From NCBI GenBank assembly GCA_951406725.2, contig OX597815.1:14074001-14138000 (forward strand): a stretch of DNA of 64,000 nt. The letters run 5' to 3'. A program made the translations under genes and the position numbers. The notes beneath the pieces were generated by a model. That model saw nothing but the letters and a program-made list of their open reading frames with translations. It was not told where the DNA came from and did no database searches. Below, piece by piece: positions 24,177 to 39,080 of this stretch (position 1 is the stretch's first letter; each line of letters begins with the position of its first letter). This stretch comes from Octopus vulgaris. Its lineage: Eukaryota.

Positions 24177-25321
24177 TTAAGGCTACAGTTGGAGAAGAAC
24201 TACCTGCTCAAGGTCCTGGTTTGTTTAACTCCTTAACCATAAAGTGTGTACAACGTATAAAAAAGCGTAACAATATGAATAACTGCAAAACCTGTGAAGT
24301 GATGTGATAGACGAACAATGATATTAAAAATCCTTTCTATTAAAGGCACGGGGCCTGAAATTCTGGAAGAGGGGCTAGTCGATCATATCGACCACAGTGT
24401 GTAACTGGTACGTGTTTCGTCGACCTCGAAAGGTAAAGTTAGCCTCAGCGCAATTTGAACTCAGAATGTCAAAATGGACGAAATACAGTTAATCAATTTG
24501 CCTTACGTGCAAATGATTCTGTCAGCTTGGATAATAATAATTGTCGCTGTCATCAATGAGGATGATAATGATGATGGCGAGATTGTAGTTGTTTTCGTTC
24601 CTCCTCGGTAAATACACACTCTGTTTTTCGTTTGAACAAGCAGAATGACCCACACTTTCTCAATTTGTCCTCTCTTTCACTTTCTCTCTCACTCACTCTC
24701 ACCCTATCTCTCTCTCTCTCTTTCTCTCTATGTACCTACCTATCTATCTTTCTATTTATCTACCTATCTCTATCTCACTTTCTCTCTATGTACCTATCTA
24801 TCTATCTATTTATCTACCTATCTCTATCTCACTTTCTCTCTATGTACCTATCTATCTATCTATTTATCTACATATCTCTCTATCTCTTTCTCTCTATGTA
24901 CCTACCTATCTATCTTTCTATTTATCTACCTATCTCCATCTTCCCTTTTTCCCTTCTGCTTTCTTGTTTCACTTAAGTATCGATTTGTTCTAAATGGTTT
25001 CTTGCAATAACCACTCGATAGTGAATCTTGGTTTCAACGACACCATCCCACAATATTCCAAATTAAGTTTTCCTATATTTCTATCTGTCAGCCATAACAA
25101 AGAATCATTTTATTCTTTCCAAATGGTCGTATCTTCTGATGATAATACTGCTGCTGATGTCATTGGTTTTTCTTTCTTTTTTCTTTTTTTTTTCTATTTC
25201 TCCTCCTTAACCATTCAGGATTTTCGCTTCAAGAAATAAATATGATCTGCCTCACGTGCCTTCTCGCTCTATTTCCCTCTCTCCTTCCCATCTCTCTCTT
25301 TCCGTCTCTCCCCTTGCTTAC

Positions 25322-25412
25322 AGTTCTCTAAGTATAGTCCTTGTAACCATAGATTTGCTTTAAAGTAAGTACTCGAGGATGGCTTGGATTCAACAGACTC
25401 TCCACTCCCCAT
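25322..25412 (-). CDS. Candidate first coding segment of a host gene (MGSGESVESKPSSSTYFKANLWLQGLYLEN..)
   Basis: Non-repetitive block. Acceptor ttcatccttttcttgtaacctgtttttgcag before 26088, donor GTAAGC after 25322, and an MGxxxS start. No homology recognised. Confidence 0.3.
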
Positions 25413-26440
25413 TGCATCTACAGAAACAAAATTCCCGGTTTCACTCCAGCGCTGCAGTCGAGGGTTCATTCGCCTCTTTACCACAACCGGCTTAGGAGGT
25501 AAGAAACGGAAACGCTGCGAATGACGACATACAGTGAATATTCATAGTTGTCGGGTTGCTGATGACTAAACCGCCGACTCCAAAGAGCATACTAGACGAG
25601 GTGGTTGCGTTTTTCCAATTGGATAACCCTCATGACAAAAATTTATTCATGAGAGTCACATGCCATCCAGACAGTATTTCTTTATTACTATTACTACTGA
25701 TGGCGTTATAATTAAATTTCTACACTGACAATCGTCGCATGATAGTAGCAACCGCGACAAAGTGTACGTACTGCCAGGCCAAAAACCACAAAAGTACGAG
25801 GGTCGTGTTAATCTTGGCTGGCAGCCCTCAAAAGATGATGTCTCGACAAAAAATTGATGGGTGTGGCAGTTTAAGAACACAGTCGCTTCTATGAATGAAA
25901 TGCCATTTAAAAGTATGACTACAATTGTGTTAATGCAAACAAATCCCCATGTAAAGGGTTCACGTTCAGCACACGTCACGCTAGGCAGCAGGGTAAGTCT
26001 GGTGGTTGTCAAAACAGCTGCAGTAAAAATAACTGGAAGATCTCAAATCAACATCAACATATAATGTAGTATCACTATAAATGTAAGCCTGCAAAAACAG
26101 GTTACAAGAAAAGGATGAATACAATTTGGCTAGAGAAAGGTATTCACCCTGACAGAGGAAAGTCATTATACTAGAAAAATTTAATATGGAAAAAAACATT
26201 GGATACCCCAGTTGAGCTGGGAAAGGTTTCCAAACAGTAAGAGATGAGGATGGGTACGTAGAAGGTGATGAAGAAGCAGAGAGGGAGGAAATTGTATAAG
26301 AAATAGAATTACAATAAATCACGAGAAGAGAAATATCTCTCAGATATTGCGATACCGTTATATATTTATAAAAGGTCGAAAGGTCACTTTCGATAATGTA
26401 GTGTTACATAAATAATATATATAGATAGATAGATAGAGAG

Positions 26441-26492
<52 letters not shown>

Positions 26493-26525
26493 GCATACAT
26501 ACATATATACATATATACGTACATA

Positions 26526-26604
<79 letters not shown>

Positions 26605-26676
26605 GACAGATAAGTAGATAATATAGGTAAGCATGTGTTATATAGGTAAGCATATAAATATATGAGAGAGAAAGAT

Positions 26677-26707
<31 letters not shown>

Positions 26708-27239
26708 ACGTGTGTGTGTGAATGTGTGTGTGTGTGTGTTTCTCTGTGTGTGTGTCTGTGTGTGTGTCTGTGTGTGTGTGTGCATGTGCGTGTGTGTGTC
26801 TGCGTCTGTGTAAAACATAACCAGAATAGTCACGCATCCAAATTTTGTGATCATAGATTTGTTCAATCATAACTCATTTGACGCTAAATAACAGAATACA
26901 GCAACAACAATTTATCGCTTTGATCAGCACACGGAATATAAAAATAGGTAATGTTGTTTAGTCTCAAGTATGCTACAATTGAGCTATCCCATCATCAAAA
27001 GGTTTACTAGTATGACCACCAAGTCTCCTTACTAACAAAACATATTTAGGATTATTTTCTCCTATATTTTTATCTATTTGCAACGATGATATGCCGTTCT
27101 CAAATCTTTGTATGATTGCTCTTTCGAACTAATGGAAGCGACTACGTAGAAATGCCCTTAGTACGTCGACTATCTGCCGCCCATTATAATACTACTGTAC
27201 TTGTTGGAACTACAAATACTACCAGTAATAATAATGTTA

Positions 27240-27268
27240 ATGAAGAAGAGGAGGAGATGATGATGATG

Positions 27269-27327
<59 letters not shown>

Positions 27328-27359
27328 GGTGATGATGGTGGTGGTGGTGGTGGTGGTGG

Positions 27360-27393
<34 letters not shown>

Positions 27394-27431
27394 GGTGATG
27401 ATGATGATGATGATGATGGTGGTGGTGATGA

Positions 27432-27465
<34 letters not shown>

Positions 27466-27500
27466 GGTGGTGGTGATGATGATGATGATGATGATGATAA
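27240..27500. repeat. Alternating (GAT)n/(GGT)n microsatellite
   Basis: Seen directly in the sequence. Confidence 0.95.
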
Positions 27501-28768
27501 TGAGGAGCAGGAGGGGGAGGAGGGTCCTTTCTAATAGAGGCACAAGGTATGAGATATTAGGGGAGAGGCTCAATTTATTACATTGGCCCCAGTACTTAAC
27601 TAACACTTATTTTATCGACCCCGAAAGCAGGATTGCAAATCAAAGTCGACCTCTGCGGAATTTGAACTTAGAAATGTAACGACGGACGAAATACAAGTTT
27701 TTTTACTACCCACAAGGGGCTAAATACAGAGAGGACAAACAAGGACAGACGAACGGATTAAGTCGATTACATCGACCCCAGTGCGTAACTGGTACTTATT
27801 TAATCGGCCCCGAAAGGATGAAAGGCAAAGTCGACCTCGGCGGAATTTGAACTCACAACGTAACGGCTGACGAAATACCGGTAAGCATTATCCCGGCGTG
27901 CTAACGTCTCTGACAGCTCTGAGGAAATACCGCTATGCAATTTGTCCGACGCAGCAAGTAACTCTGTGGCAGAAGAAGAAGAAGAAGAAGAAGAAGAAGA
28001 AGAAGAAGAAGAAGAAGAAGAAGAAGAAGGAGGAGGAGGAGGAGGAGAACAACAACAGTAGTGTTATATTTTGGCAAAAAAAAACGCAACCATTTTCAGG
28101 AGTTTAGCGATACATCAGTAGCAACCCTTCACTGTCATTTTAACGACATCTTGACACGCAATGTTGACCGCGGAGGGAATCGAACCAAGATCTTAAAGAA
28201 TCGGAAAATACCACGAGTGACTTTGTTTTGCCCCTCCATCTAGTAATCAGCTGTGATCAAACGGAATTATGAAAAAATTGTATTTCTAGGCACCACCATC
28301 ACGCTTTTTGTTTATCTATACTAAGATAATATTACCCTTGATGCCTTTACGGTGTTTTGGTTCTTTTTATTATTTTTATTGTTTTGTAAAACCTTATGCT
28401 GTCATTTGAGATAGATTTGCTCGACATACAGTTTAGTATTAAGTTGAAACCGCCTTCTTGGTTCGAAATATGTACATCAGTAACCGTTTCATTTAGCGCA
28501 AATTATATACGTATTTTGTAGTAATATATATTGAAAAAAAAAGAAAAGAAAACCAGGAGCGTTCGGATAAACAAACACACGCGTAACACCTTCTATCGAC
28601 AACCTCGTTAGACGTTAGGTGTCACAGAGAAAGTAACACCTATAAACACACACATATATACACATACACAGCTCATATGTACATTAAAAAAATATATGCA
28701 TACATACACACGCACGAACACATACACAAACTCATATATATACGTACATGCATATATACAATTTTTAT

Positions 28769-28815
<47 letters not shown>

Positions 28816-28914
28816 TATTTATATTCATATGTGCATAATAACTTTTCTATGTATATTTATATGTGTTTGCGTATGTGCATATACATGCGTATATACGTGC
28901 GCATGTGTTTATGA

Positions 28915-28959
<45 letters not shown>

Positions 28960-29505
28960 GTTTGTATGCGTATAAAAAGGTTGATAAAATTCGGTAACCC
29001 GGACTAGATTAGAAAATAACAACAACAAAGGTAGTACGTCAAAATTTCTTTTTATATATTCATAAATATTTACTCGGATAAATTCTTTTGATAGGAAATA
29101 TATATAACTACCATTTCCTCGTAATATATTGTAAAACAAAGGGAAATATATATATATATAACTACCATTTCCTCGTAAAACAAAAGGAAATCAATAACAA
29201 TCTCCAGAATCTCCAGACTATTAAATACGCTGACAAATATTAAAAATAAAATACTGCGTCTTGCTTGTCTGAAGGTTTTTCAGTAGAATTGCTGAGATTT
29301 TTCTTCGCCGACGAGTTTAGAAACCATAGTATATGAATGAAATGCAACTGGTAATACAGGTACATGAATTTATGTGCGAGTGAATGTAAGTCTGTGAGAA
29401 AAAGAGGGAGAGGGAGGGAGGGAGAGAGAGCGTATCAATGTATATGTGAGCGTGGGAATGCTTGAGTATAAGTGTGTGTATGTATACATATAAACATATA
29501 TATAC

Positions 29506-29541
<36 letters not shown>

Positions 29542-30196
29542 AAGTGTGTGTAAACCCGCATAATTTCTGAAGTTCGCAAATTATTTTCTTCAAACTGGGA
29601 ACATACATTTCTTGTATTCCAGATATGGTTTTAGACTCTTAGAAGTTTTCAAATAATGGGTAGTGGGGCCTCTGGGAGCCGAAAATACCCTTACCTGGGG
29701 TAAGGACTACTGTGTAGGTAACTCTTTGCGAAGTAACTTTTCTTAAAATTTGCTAAAATACTGATATTATTAATCTTTTTTTTTTCTTTGACATTTCATT
29801 ATTAAGGTAAAATTGTCATCTTAGTCTATTACGTCGTATTTCTTGACAGAACGTCTCCAAAGAAGGAACCCTCCATTCGTCAAAGCTGAAAATGAGAGCA
29901 AATCAGTCACCATAGGAGACTTCAATTAGGCAATCAGAAAATGCTGTATGTAGAGCTACTGCAAGTGCAATGGAAACCGATGAGTAACGTAGTATTCGTC
30001 TGACCAGGAAAGCTGCCTTAACAGCTTCAGTCAATCCCAGCCCCCATAACACACAATTTCTTTCAGGCAGATTTTTCTCATGTGGTAGTGTTGAGCCTCG
30101 CAGAGGCTTAACGTATCACATAGATGATGTTTCCCCTGTATGCTGATTGTTCAGCATGGTAGCGGCAGTGTTGACAGTCCTGAAGGAGAGTATATC

Positions 30197-30561
<365 letters not shown>

Positions 30562-31947
30562 CACACACCATACACACACCTACATATACATTTGGTTCGA
30601 AGGAGGTAGAATGATTGATTTTATAGAGATTAGTAAATAGAGAGGTCGACAGTAGATAGATATTTACAGAGAGAGATAAAGAGAGACAGAGCGAGAGAGC
30701 GAGTAAGTAATAGATAGAGAGAGAGAAATAAAATACAGCTCTGACAAATTCAGCCGTAGCTATTTAACATTAGTTTCTACATCTTTCATTGCATCAAACA
30801 CCCTTGAAATATATTTAATAAATACAACAGTGAAGATTTAAGTTGTAGACGCAGTTCGTCATTCCGTCTATCCGTCACTTTCAGTTTAGTCAAATCTTCT
30901 GCAAGTAATTGTGCTAGGTATTCTGCCTGGCGAAAACATTCTTCTCTCTTCATATGAACCTCGAAGCACTAAAAATGAAAAAGGGAATGAAGTATATCAT
31001 TGGGTCTGGTCCTCGTAGGGTCTTGAGATGATAGTCCGTGGAAGGTAAGATGCTATCTATCCTCAGACAAGAAATTTCGCCGAATCACCTGCAACCGCAT
31101 GAATCTGCTAAAATTATCCAGAAACAAGATGGTTGTACTGAATTCGTTAACTGATAAAGCGTACCACAAATTTGGACTCTCTAGACATTTCGTAAAACAC
31201 GGCTATTATATAAAAACAAATTTAAGCTAACCAAGTGAATTGAGTTGGACATGTTATATTTGTCTTGAATTTTTCTATGTATCAATTTATGTTTAAATGG
31301 TATGAGCCAATTTTAGTGACAGATAGTATCATACGAGGTCGATGTTCACTGAATATATATTTCAAGTAATTGAATATGTATTTCGGTATACTGTGTTCTT
31401 TGAAATAAGCCAGCAGTTAAGTGCAGTCATTAATGACTAAATAGATTTGATTTACTATCAAAAGATGAAACAAATAATGCTCATGATTTGCATTTGGCAC
31501 CTTACGTCTACCTCCATACGAAGCATTGGAGAGGAATTATTAATTGCCAAGAGGTTAAACAGAAACTAAAAGGATATAGAAGCCAATTTCCAAAGATACA
31601 GTAACATAACAGGTTAAAGGGTAAGGTTTTCGATATTACTCTAGTATTATCTTGTAACGTTCATTTTTACTATCGTATAATTATGAGAACTACTGAAGAA
31701 TGGGTAACAGAAAGTTTTAGTCAAATATATCATCAGGCAATCAAAGTCAACTGAATTGTTCAGGTGTTGGATAACTGGACCTTTCAAGAAACATCCCTTG
31801 GTAGTTCTCATCAGCTTTTCTAGGTTCTGATAGCGATGTCAACTTGATGTTGATAGGTTTTGTAACTTTGTACATGTCACTGGTGTCATGTGATTTCTAA
31901 CTACATATTCTTTTCAATTTGCATATATCACGTTCTTTTCAATTTGC

Positions 31948-32345
31948 GTAGGCACAGGAGTGACTGTGTGGTAAGTAGCTTGCTAACAAACCACATGGTT
32001 TCTGGTTCAGTCCCACTGCGTGGCACCTTGGGCAAGTGTCTTCTACTATAGCCTCGGGCCGACCAAAGCTTCGAAAGTGGATTTGGTAGGCGGAAACTGA
32101 AAGAAGCCTGTTGTATATATGTATATGTGTGCGTGTGTGTATATGTTTGTGTGTCTGTGTTTGTCCACCCAACACCGCTTGACAACTGATGCTGGTGTGT
32201 TTACGTCCCTGTAACTTAGCGGTTCGGCAAAAGAGACTGATAGAATAAGTACTGGGCTTACAAAGAATACGTCCTGGTGACGATTTGATCGACTAAAGGC
32301 GGTGCTCCAGCATGACCACAGTCAAATGACTGAATCAAGTAAAAG
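31948..32345 (+). mobile_element. tRNA-derived SINE with an internal (TA/TG) tract
   Basis: AGGAGTGrCTGTGTGGTAAG..GGTTCAGTCCCACTGCGTGGCACCTTGGGCAAGTGTC. Other copies at 37563-37945 (+), 36200-36362 (-), 46460-46605 (-), 35095-35290 (-) and 36510-36700 (+). Confidence 0.85.
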
Positions 32346-34499
32346 AGTGTGTGAATATGTGAATATGAGTGTACGTATGTGTGTGCGCATGCATGTTTGG
32401 CCAATAAAGATGAAGGAAATAACCTAATCTTATAAGAGGAATATCACTTTCGACAATACTGTAGTCTCGACAATACTGTAGGCGATTTACAGTCAGTTGG
32501 GCTGGCCATTGATAAAATCCTTTTACATTTGAAGTCTACTGGATGAGGCTGACCATATGGTTAAAATCCACAATAACAACGGTGTTTCAAAAAGTCAAAC
32601 AGCCGCGGTTATACAGAAATTGTAGTTGGACAAATTATCACCACGTTCTTATTATCTTGGGAGCCACGGTTCATTGATTTTTTGGTTTTTGGTTTTTGTA
32701 ATTCTTTTATATACAATCAAATAATGTATTAGTGGAAACTGCGATGTCAATAACACCAGTAGATCCGATGTCTGATGTTACCTGGCTGGAGCCATATCAA
32801 CAGTCCACGAACACACTCAGTTGTATAAATCATCTAAAAACGACAACAGCGTAAGATATGGAATATTAAATCACATTTAATTGTAATTACACTGAGCGTC
32901 CTGATACGCCTCGAGAATCTAATATTTTTATGTGCGTGTATTGTGGATTATTGTCTTTTTCCCTTGTGATCATAAACGCCAGATATGTCAGTTTTTCAAA
33001 GCGAGATACTAATGCTAATGACACATGTAAATATTTCATTCGATTCTACTTGGATGATGAATTAGCACTTAATTTATTTCATGCTATTAATCATTTATAT
33101 TAGATCACACGTCAAATACAATGCAATACATTTTGGTTTCTTTCGCTTGTAAACTATTATTCGATATTTTTTAATTCATGAGTTTAAATCTGCAATATTG
33201 GAGAGTCAGATGTCTGTTAATTAATTGCGTATACATCATGTCGCATAATTCTTTCCATTATTGAAATGTGTTAAAATTATACTGTCACTTAATATACTAC
33301 TTAATATAGATCGTACATAATAATAGAATTCGTTAGTCTATACGTTCATTACATCAGAATGAGAAATTAATTTGATATAAAGAAATAATTGGGAATATAA
33401 AAAAGAATGTATTGATAGAATGTATTCAACAACGGTCATCCGTCAGTGCAGTCTTATAAAAATATCAAGTTGTTTAAAGAGTATCCATAAAATCTCTATG
33501 GTGTACGTGAGATTGTATAAATCATACAGTCAGTACTATATATTATAAAAAATTTAGAACTTGTTGCAAATCTCTTGCGTCTCAAAAAAATTTCATGTCA
33601 TTTAAATGATATTTGAGATAGTCGATGAGAAAAGTTTCCTTGCAAGCCATGTAAGATTCTTACTCATAATTTCTCGTTTTTTTTTTTATATAATTTTTAA
33701 TTGATAAACCTCGAGGTCTGAAGTGGAAGTCAAGCATTCTTAATTTTTCATTAGATCCGGATATTTTGTATGTATAAAACCTACGTCGATAAGAGTTAGG
33801 GGTTGCAAGGAAGCAGGCAACGATGTGTGCTTAAATATTTCGTTTTGCAAACTATGCGGTTTCGAGTTCGATGTACGATGCAGTATCTTTTACTAAAGTC
33901 TTGTGTCGACCATAACCTTTTGAAACTATGTAGAATCGTGTGTGAGGAACTGTTTCCACACACTTAATCCATCATACTGTTCATAACCGATATGGTGGCT
34001 ACTGTTACATTTAGTATAATCCACTATGTTGCATGCAATAAGATCTTCGCAACAAGTGGGTGTGGCACTAATTTTTTTTTTTTTTTATGTTTCTTATGAT
34101 TAAACCATTCAAAGCTGTTATCACCCGATATTTGAAGTAATTTTCTGACATTGAAGATTTGGTATATGCTGCAGTTATGCTGGCAACATGAAATTACTTA
34201 TAGAAAGTACGAGGATAGAATATTCGATGTGTAGCAACAGTACAAATGAGGCAATAACCGCAGGAACAACATCTCCTTCATGGGATCCAGTTAGCTGAAG
34301 AGATCATCAGGAGGAACCACGTCCGGTTTCGGCCCCCTACTCCTCTACCGTTTTGACGTGGCGGAGCCCCACCTTTCGGTGGTGTCTTTAGTTCTGGTGT
34401 TGGGTGCACGTCTTCTTTCTTCTTCTTTCTTCTGTTCCCTGCCAAAATAAAAATAATAATAATGATATTAATAATAATAACAACAAAAACAACAACAGC

Positions 34500-34533
<34 letters not shown>

Positions 34534-34549
34534 GGTGATGATGATGATT

Positions 34550-34583
<34 letters not shown>

Positions 34584-35300
34584 CGACGACGACGATGACG
34601 ACGACGACGACCTCGATGATGATGATGATGATGATGATGATAATAATAGTCTGCCTTCAGACTTTATTTGATAATTTCAGCATAAATAATGTTACTTATT
34701 AATTTTACTCTGTTATTTTCATCATTGTTTGTTAAATTTCATTCTATTTTTATTATATTTTGTTACATTTTTTTCTCCATATTTTATATTTCTCTTCTCA
34801 CATTGCAGCGTTTCAATCCAAATAGGAGCAGATGTGTCTGCGTGGCAAAATGTTTGGTTCCCAACCACTGACTTGCTCTTCATATGACGTTGCGCTGCAA
34901 GCACCTCGGCACGTAACGCGTGGTATGCTGTGCACCTGTTCAGACAACGTCGCTTTCATGGAGGAAGTGACCTAATGTACAGCACATACGTTTAATCACT
35001 ATAAACAAGTAATTTGTCAAGGTCGTTCGGCAAAAGCTAAATTCTCGTACATCGTGTGTATGTATACATATATTTATGTATATGCATGTATATACTCTTC
35101 TACTCTTTTACTTGTTTCAGTGCTGGAGCAGCGCCTTTAGTCGAATCAAATCGACCCCAGGACTTATTCTTTGTAAACCTAGTACTTTTTCTATCGGTCT
35201 CTTTTGCCGGGCCGCTAAGTTACGGGGACCTAAACACACCAGCATTAGTTGTCAAGCGATGTTGGTGGGACAAACACAGATACACAACATATACACAAAC

Positions 35301-35359
<59 letters not shown>

Positions 35360-35360
<1 letters not shown>

Positions 35361-36143
35361 GTTTAAATATTTGTTGTGCAAGATTTTTCATGTGAAGTCG
35401 TGTGTTGAAACAGATATTTTTATATTTCGGAATGGTCATTTTGTCAGTTTAGCCAATAAAAACACACGCACTATATATTTGGTGTTATTTTGCTTCAGTG
35501 TTATTTATTTTTTACATTATTCTTAATCTTATTTCGGCCAGAGTTATTTCGTCACACTCCTGTGACCGCATCAGTGGTCCTTTGCTTTCTTCTTTCTTAT
35601 TTGTGTCTCTCCTTACTAACCGTCAGCCATTTTGTATTTCAATTGTATGTCTTCATTTGCGCATGCTTATATCTCTATGTGCGTTTATGTTTATTCAGTG
35701 TGTGTATGTGGGAGGATGCCTATAATATTTGTATCTTCTGTTTATATATGTTCATGTAATTTGTATTTTGTTTTTGTTGTTTTTGTTTATTCTTATTTTG
35801 TTCATGTGTTTACATCCACTTATTATTATCATTACATATGCTTGTATGTATAACAACAATACTAGTAATAATAATAATAAATCGAATCGAAAAAAATAAT
35901 AAGAAAATAAAATTTTTAAAAAAATAAAAAGAAAAAGAGAAAAAAAACGTAAGGAAAGACACAAATAAGAAAGAAGAAAACAAAGGGCCACTGATGCGGT
36001 TACAGGAGTGTGACGAATGAACTCTGGCCGAAATAAGATTAAGATTAATGTAAAAAATAAATAACACTGAAGCAAAATAACACCAATTATATAGTGCGTG
36101 TGTTTTTATTGTCTAAAGTGGCAAAATGACCATTCCGAAATAT

Positions 36144-36148
<5 letters not shown>
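35360..36148. mobile_element. Penelope-like inverted pseudo-LTR pair between (TA)n tracts
   Basis: 35421-35616 is an imperfect reverse complement of 35949-36144. Each arm holds a hammerhead-like motif. Confidence 0.65.
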
Positions 36149-36199
<51 letters not shown>

Positions 36200-36359
36200 T
36201 ATGGGTTTCGTTCAGTTCCCGTCTACCAAATCCACTCACAAGGCTTTGGTTGGCCCGCGGCAATAGTAGAAGACACTTGCTCAAGTTGCCACGCAGTGGG
36301 ACTGAACCCGGAACCATGTGGTTGGTAAACAAGCTATTTACCACACAGCCACTCCTGCG

Positions 36360-36428
<69 letters not shown>

Positions 36429-36440
36429 GTATGTATATAC

Positions 36441-36471
<31 letters not shown>

Positions 36472-36701
36472 TGTATGTATGTATGTATGTATGTATGTAC
36501 GTGTGTATGGGTGTGCAGGTGTCTTTGTGTTCGTCCCCCACTATCGCTTGACAGCTGATACTGGTTTGTTTGCGCCTCGTAAATTAGCGGTTCGGCACTT
36601 AAACTGATAGAATAAGTACCAGATTTTACGAAGTAAATATTCTGATAATCTCCTCAGTTAAACTCCTCCAGGCCGTGTCCCAGCATTGCTGCAGCTTCAG
36701 C

Positions 36702-37068
36702 GGGTGGCGCAATGGCCCGATGGTTAGGATAGCGGACACGCGGTCGGAGGATCGCGGTTTCGATTCCCAGACCGAGCGTTGTGTGTGTTTATTGAGCAAA
36801 AACACCTAAAGCTCCACGAGGCTCCGTTAGGGGGTGGTGGCGACCCCTGTTGTACTCTTTCGCTCCAATTTTCTCTCACTCTTTCTTCCTGTTTCTTGTC
36901 CCCGACTTCCTACGCAACCGCTTAGCCTGGATGCGCGTTCATCCATCCGTCGATGCTCTCGGTGTCGGGGGTTGACCTGCTTGCTCTTCTGCGTGTCTTA
37001 CGAATAGGAAAGGACCACGGTTCGGAGCGCTCGGACCGGACCGCTCAACAGCAACAGCAACAGCAACA
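36702..37068 (+). mobile_element. tRNA-derived SINE with a (CAACAG)n tail, nested in another SINE
   Basis: A and B boxes shared with the 57998 family but a different 3' half. TSD GCAGCTTCAGC at 36691-36701 and 37069-37079. Confidence 0.88.
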
Positions 37069-38627
37069 GCAGCTTCAGCAACTGTAAAAAGCAAACGATA
37101 AATACACTTACATAGATTGGGGTGTAGCACCGTTATGTAGTTTGGCCATAGGCAGTCTCGATGTGAATTCCTCTTCAAGACTGAAGCTATGTTTCATATT
37201 AGCAGTATGGTAGACATTGTTTAAACACTTCGTGTTTACTCTACTTAATATTATAATTTTGTTTTCTAACGAGCATATATTTCTTTACTACCCACAAGGG
37301 GCTAAACACAGAGGGGACAAACAGGAACAGAAAAATGGATTAAGTCGATTATATCGACCGCAGTGCGTAACTGATACTTAATTTATCGACCCCGAAAGGA
37401 TGAAAGGCAAAGTCGGCCTCGTCGGAATTTGATCGCGGAACGTAACGACAGTAGAACTATGGCTACGCATTTCTCCCGGGGTGCTAACGTTTCTGCCAGC
37501 TCGCCGCCTTTTTTAACGAGTATAAGAAACCAAAACGTTAAGATTCAAATGTCCATTTTTTTAGGAGTGGCTGTGTGGTAAGTAGCTTGTTTACCAACCA
37601 CATGGTTCCGGGATCAGTCCCACTGGGTGGCACCTTGGGCAAGTGTCTTCTACTATAGCCTCGGGCCGACCAAAGCCTTGTGAGTGGATTTTGTAGACGG
37701 AAACTGAAAGAAACCCGTCGTATATATGTATATATATGCGTGTGTGTGTTTGTGTGTCTGTGTTTGTCCGCCTAGCATTGCTTGACAACCGATGCTGGTG
37801 TGTTTAGGTCCTCGTTACTTAGCGGTTCGGCAAAAGAGACCGATAGAATAAGTACTGGGCTTACAAAAGAATAAGTCCCGGGGTCGAGTTGCTCGATTAA
37901 AGGCGGTGTTCCAGCATGGCCGCAGTCAAATGACTGAAACAAGTAAAAAAAAAAATATATATATATATATTTACGTTGGTATTTCTTAAAGTATAATGTG
38001 TTAAGCCTGCTACTGACGTATTCTGAAACGAAGAAATCAACTCCTCAACTATTGACAAATTTATTGCAATTATATTAGTTGATTTCGTTTAACAGACGTT
38101 GATATAATCAAATCTGCATAAATCACAACAAACTCATCAGCTATTAGTGAGTTTTCGTTCGACTAAAAATAACACCAAACATCACCGAAACATTTCTGTA
38201 GGTTACACTAATTCGAAATATTTTGCTTCGTTGATTTCCATAACATTTGAAAGTCTCCCGAGTGTCTAAGGTTTTTCTTTAAACTATTCCCAAGCTATTA
38301 CGTGTGTTTTAATGAGTACGTCAATGTTTCTCTTAAGTAACTTTGAGGTTGTAAATCTATGTAACATCAATTTAAAACTAAGAAATGAGAGATGGCGATG
38401 TTAAAAGGTAAACTCCCGTCGATCTGTTTCTGCGATCTGGTTTCGATTTCTACTTAAACACAAATTTCATTCACTAACAAAGATACTTATGTTTGGATCT
38501 CTGAATCTTAACCTTCTTTACAATAGTATTTGAAGTTTACATCGCAATGTTCTTTACTCGATTCCTTTATTGGCTGTCTTTATTACTTGGAAAAATTTCG
38601 GCCACGTCGAAGTCTTTTGTTGCTGTT

Positions 38628-38732
38628 TTCTTCTTCTTCTCCTTCTTCTTCTTCTCCTTCTTCTTCTTCTTCTTCTTCTTCTTCTTCTTCTTCTTCTTCT
38701 TCTTCTTCTTCTTCTTCTTCTTCTTTTTCTTC

Positions 38733-38764
<32 letters not shown>

Positions 38765-39080
38765 CTTCTTCTTCTTCTTCTTCTTCTTCTTCTTCTTCTT
38801 CTTCTTCTTCTTCTTCTTCTTCATCGTCGTCGTCGTCTTCTACTTCTTCTTCTTCTTCTTCTTCATCGTCGTCGTCGTCGTCTTCTTCTTCTTCTTCTTC
38901 TTCGTCGTCGTCGTCCTCTTCTTCTTCTTCCCCTTCTTCTTCTTCTACTTCTTCTTCTTCTTCTTCTTCTTCATCGTCGTCGTCTTCTTCTTCTTCTTCT
39001 TCTTCGTCGTCGTCGTCTTCTTCTTCTTCTTCTTCTTCTTCTTTTACTATTACTACTACCACTGCTGCTGCTGCTGCTGC
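38628..39080. repeat. Compound (TTC)n/(TCG)n microsatellite
   Basis: Seen directly in the sequence. Confidence 0.95.

Larger units (their letters stand above)
21150..24240 (-). mobile_element. Degenerate Tx1/L1-like ORF1 element carrying a SINE array and a MITE
   Basis: Minus strand reads IPIYLGRRIFRIRILNIPPEINIYWLVA and HVAVEGRKPRCHL*RETNHLKAYCP (a CCHC knuckle), followed by Ala/Thr/Pro low-complexity sequence. Confidence 0.7.

Noticed and set aside
25656-26012. 118-aa minus-strand ORF with a hydrophobic stretch
   Set aside because: Non-ATG start and no recognisable homology. It is more likely UTR or chance.
34250-34440. GC-richer patch next to (AAT)n examined for an HDV-like ribozyme
   Set aside because: I could not assemble the nested double pseudoknot on either strand by eye.
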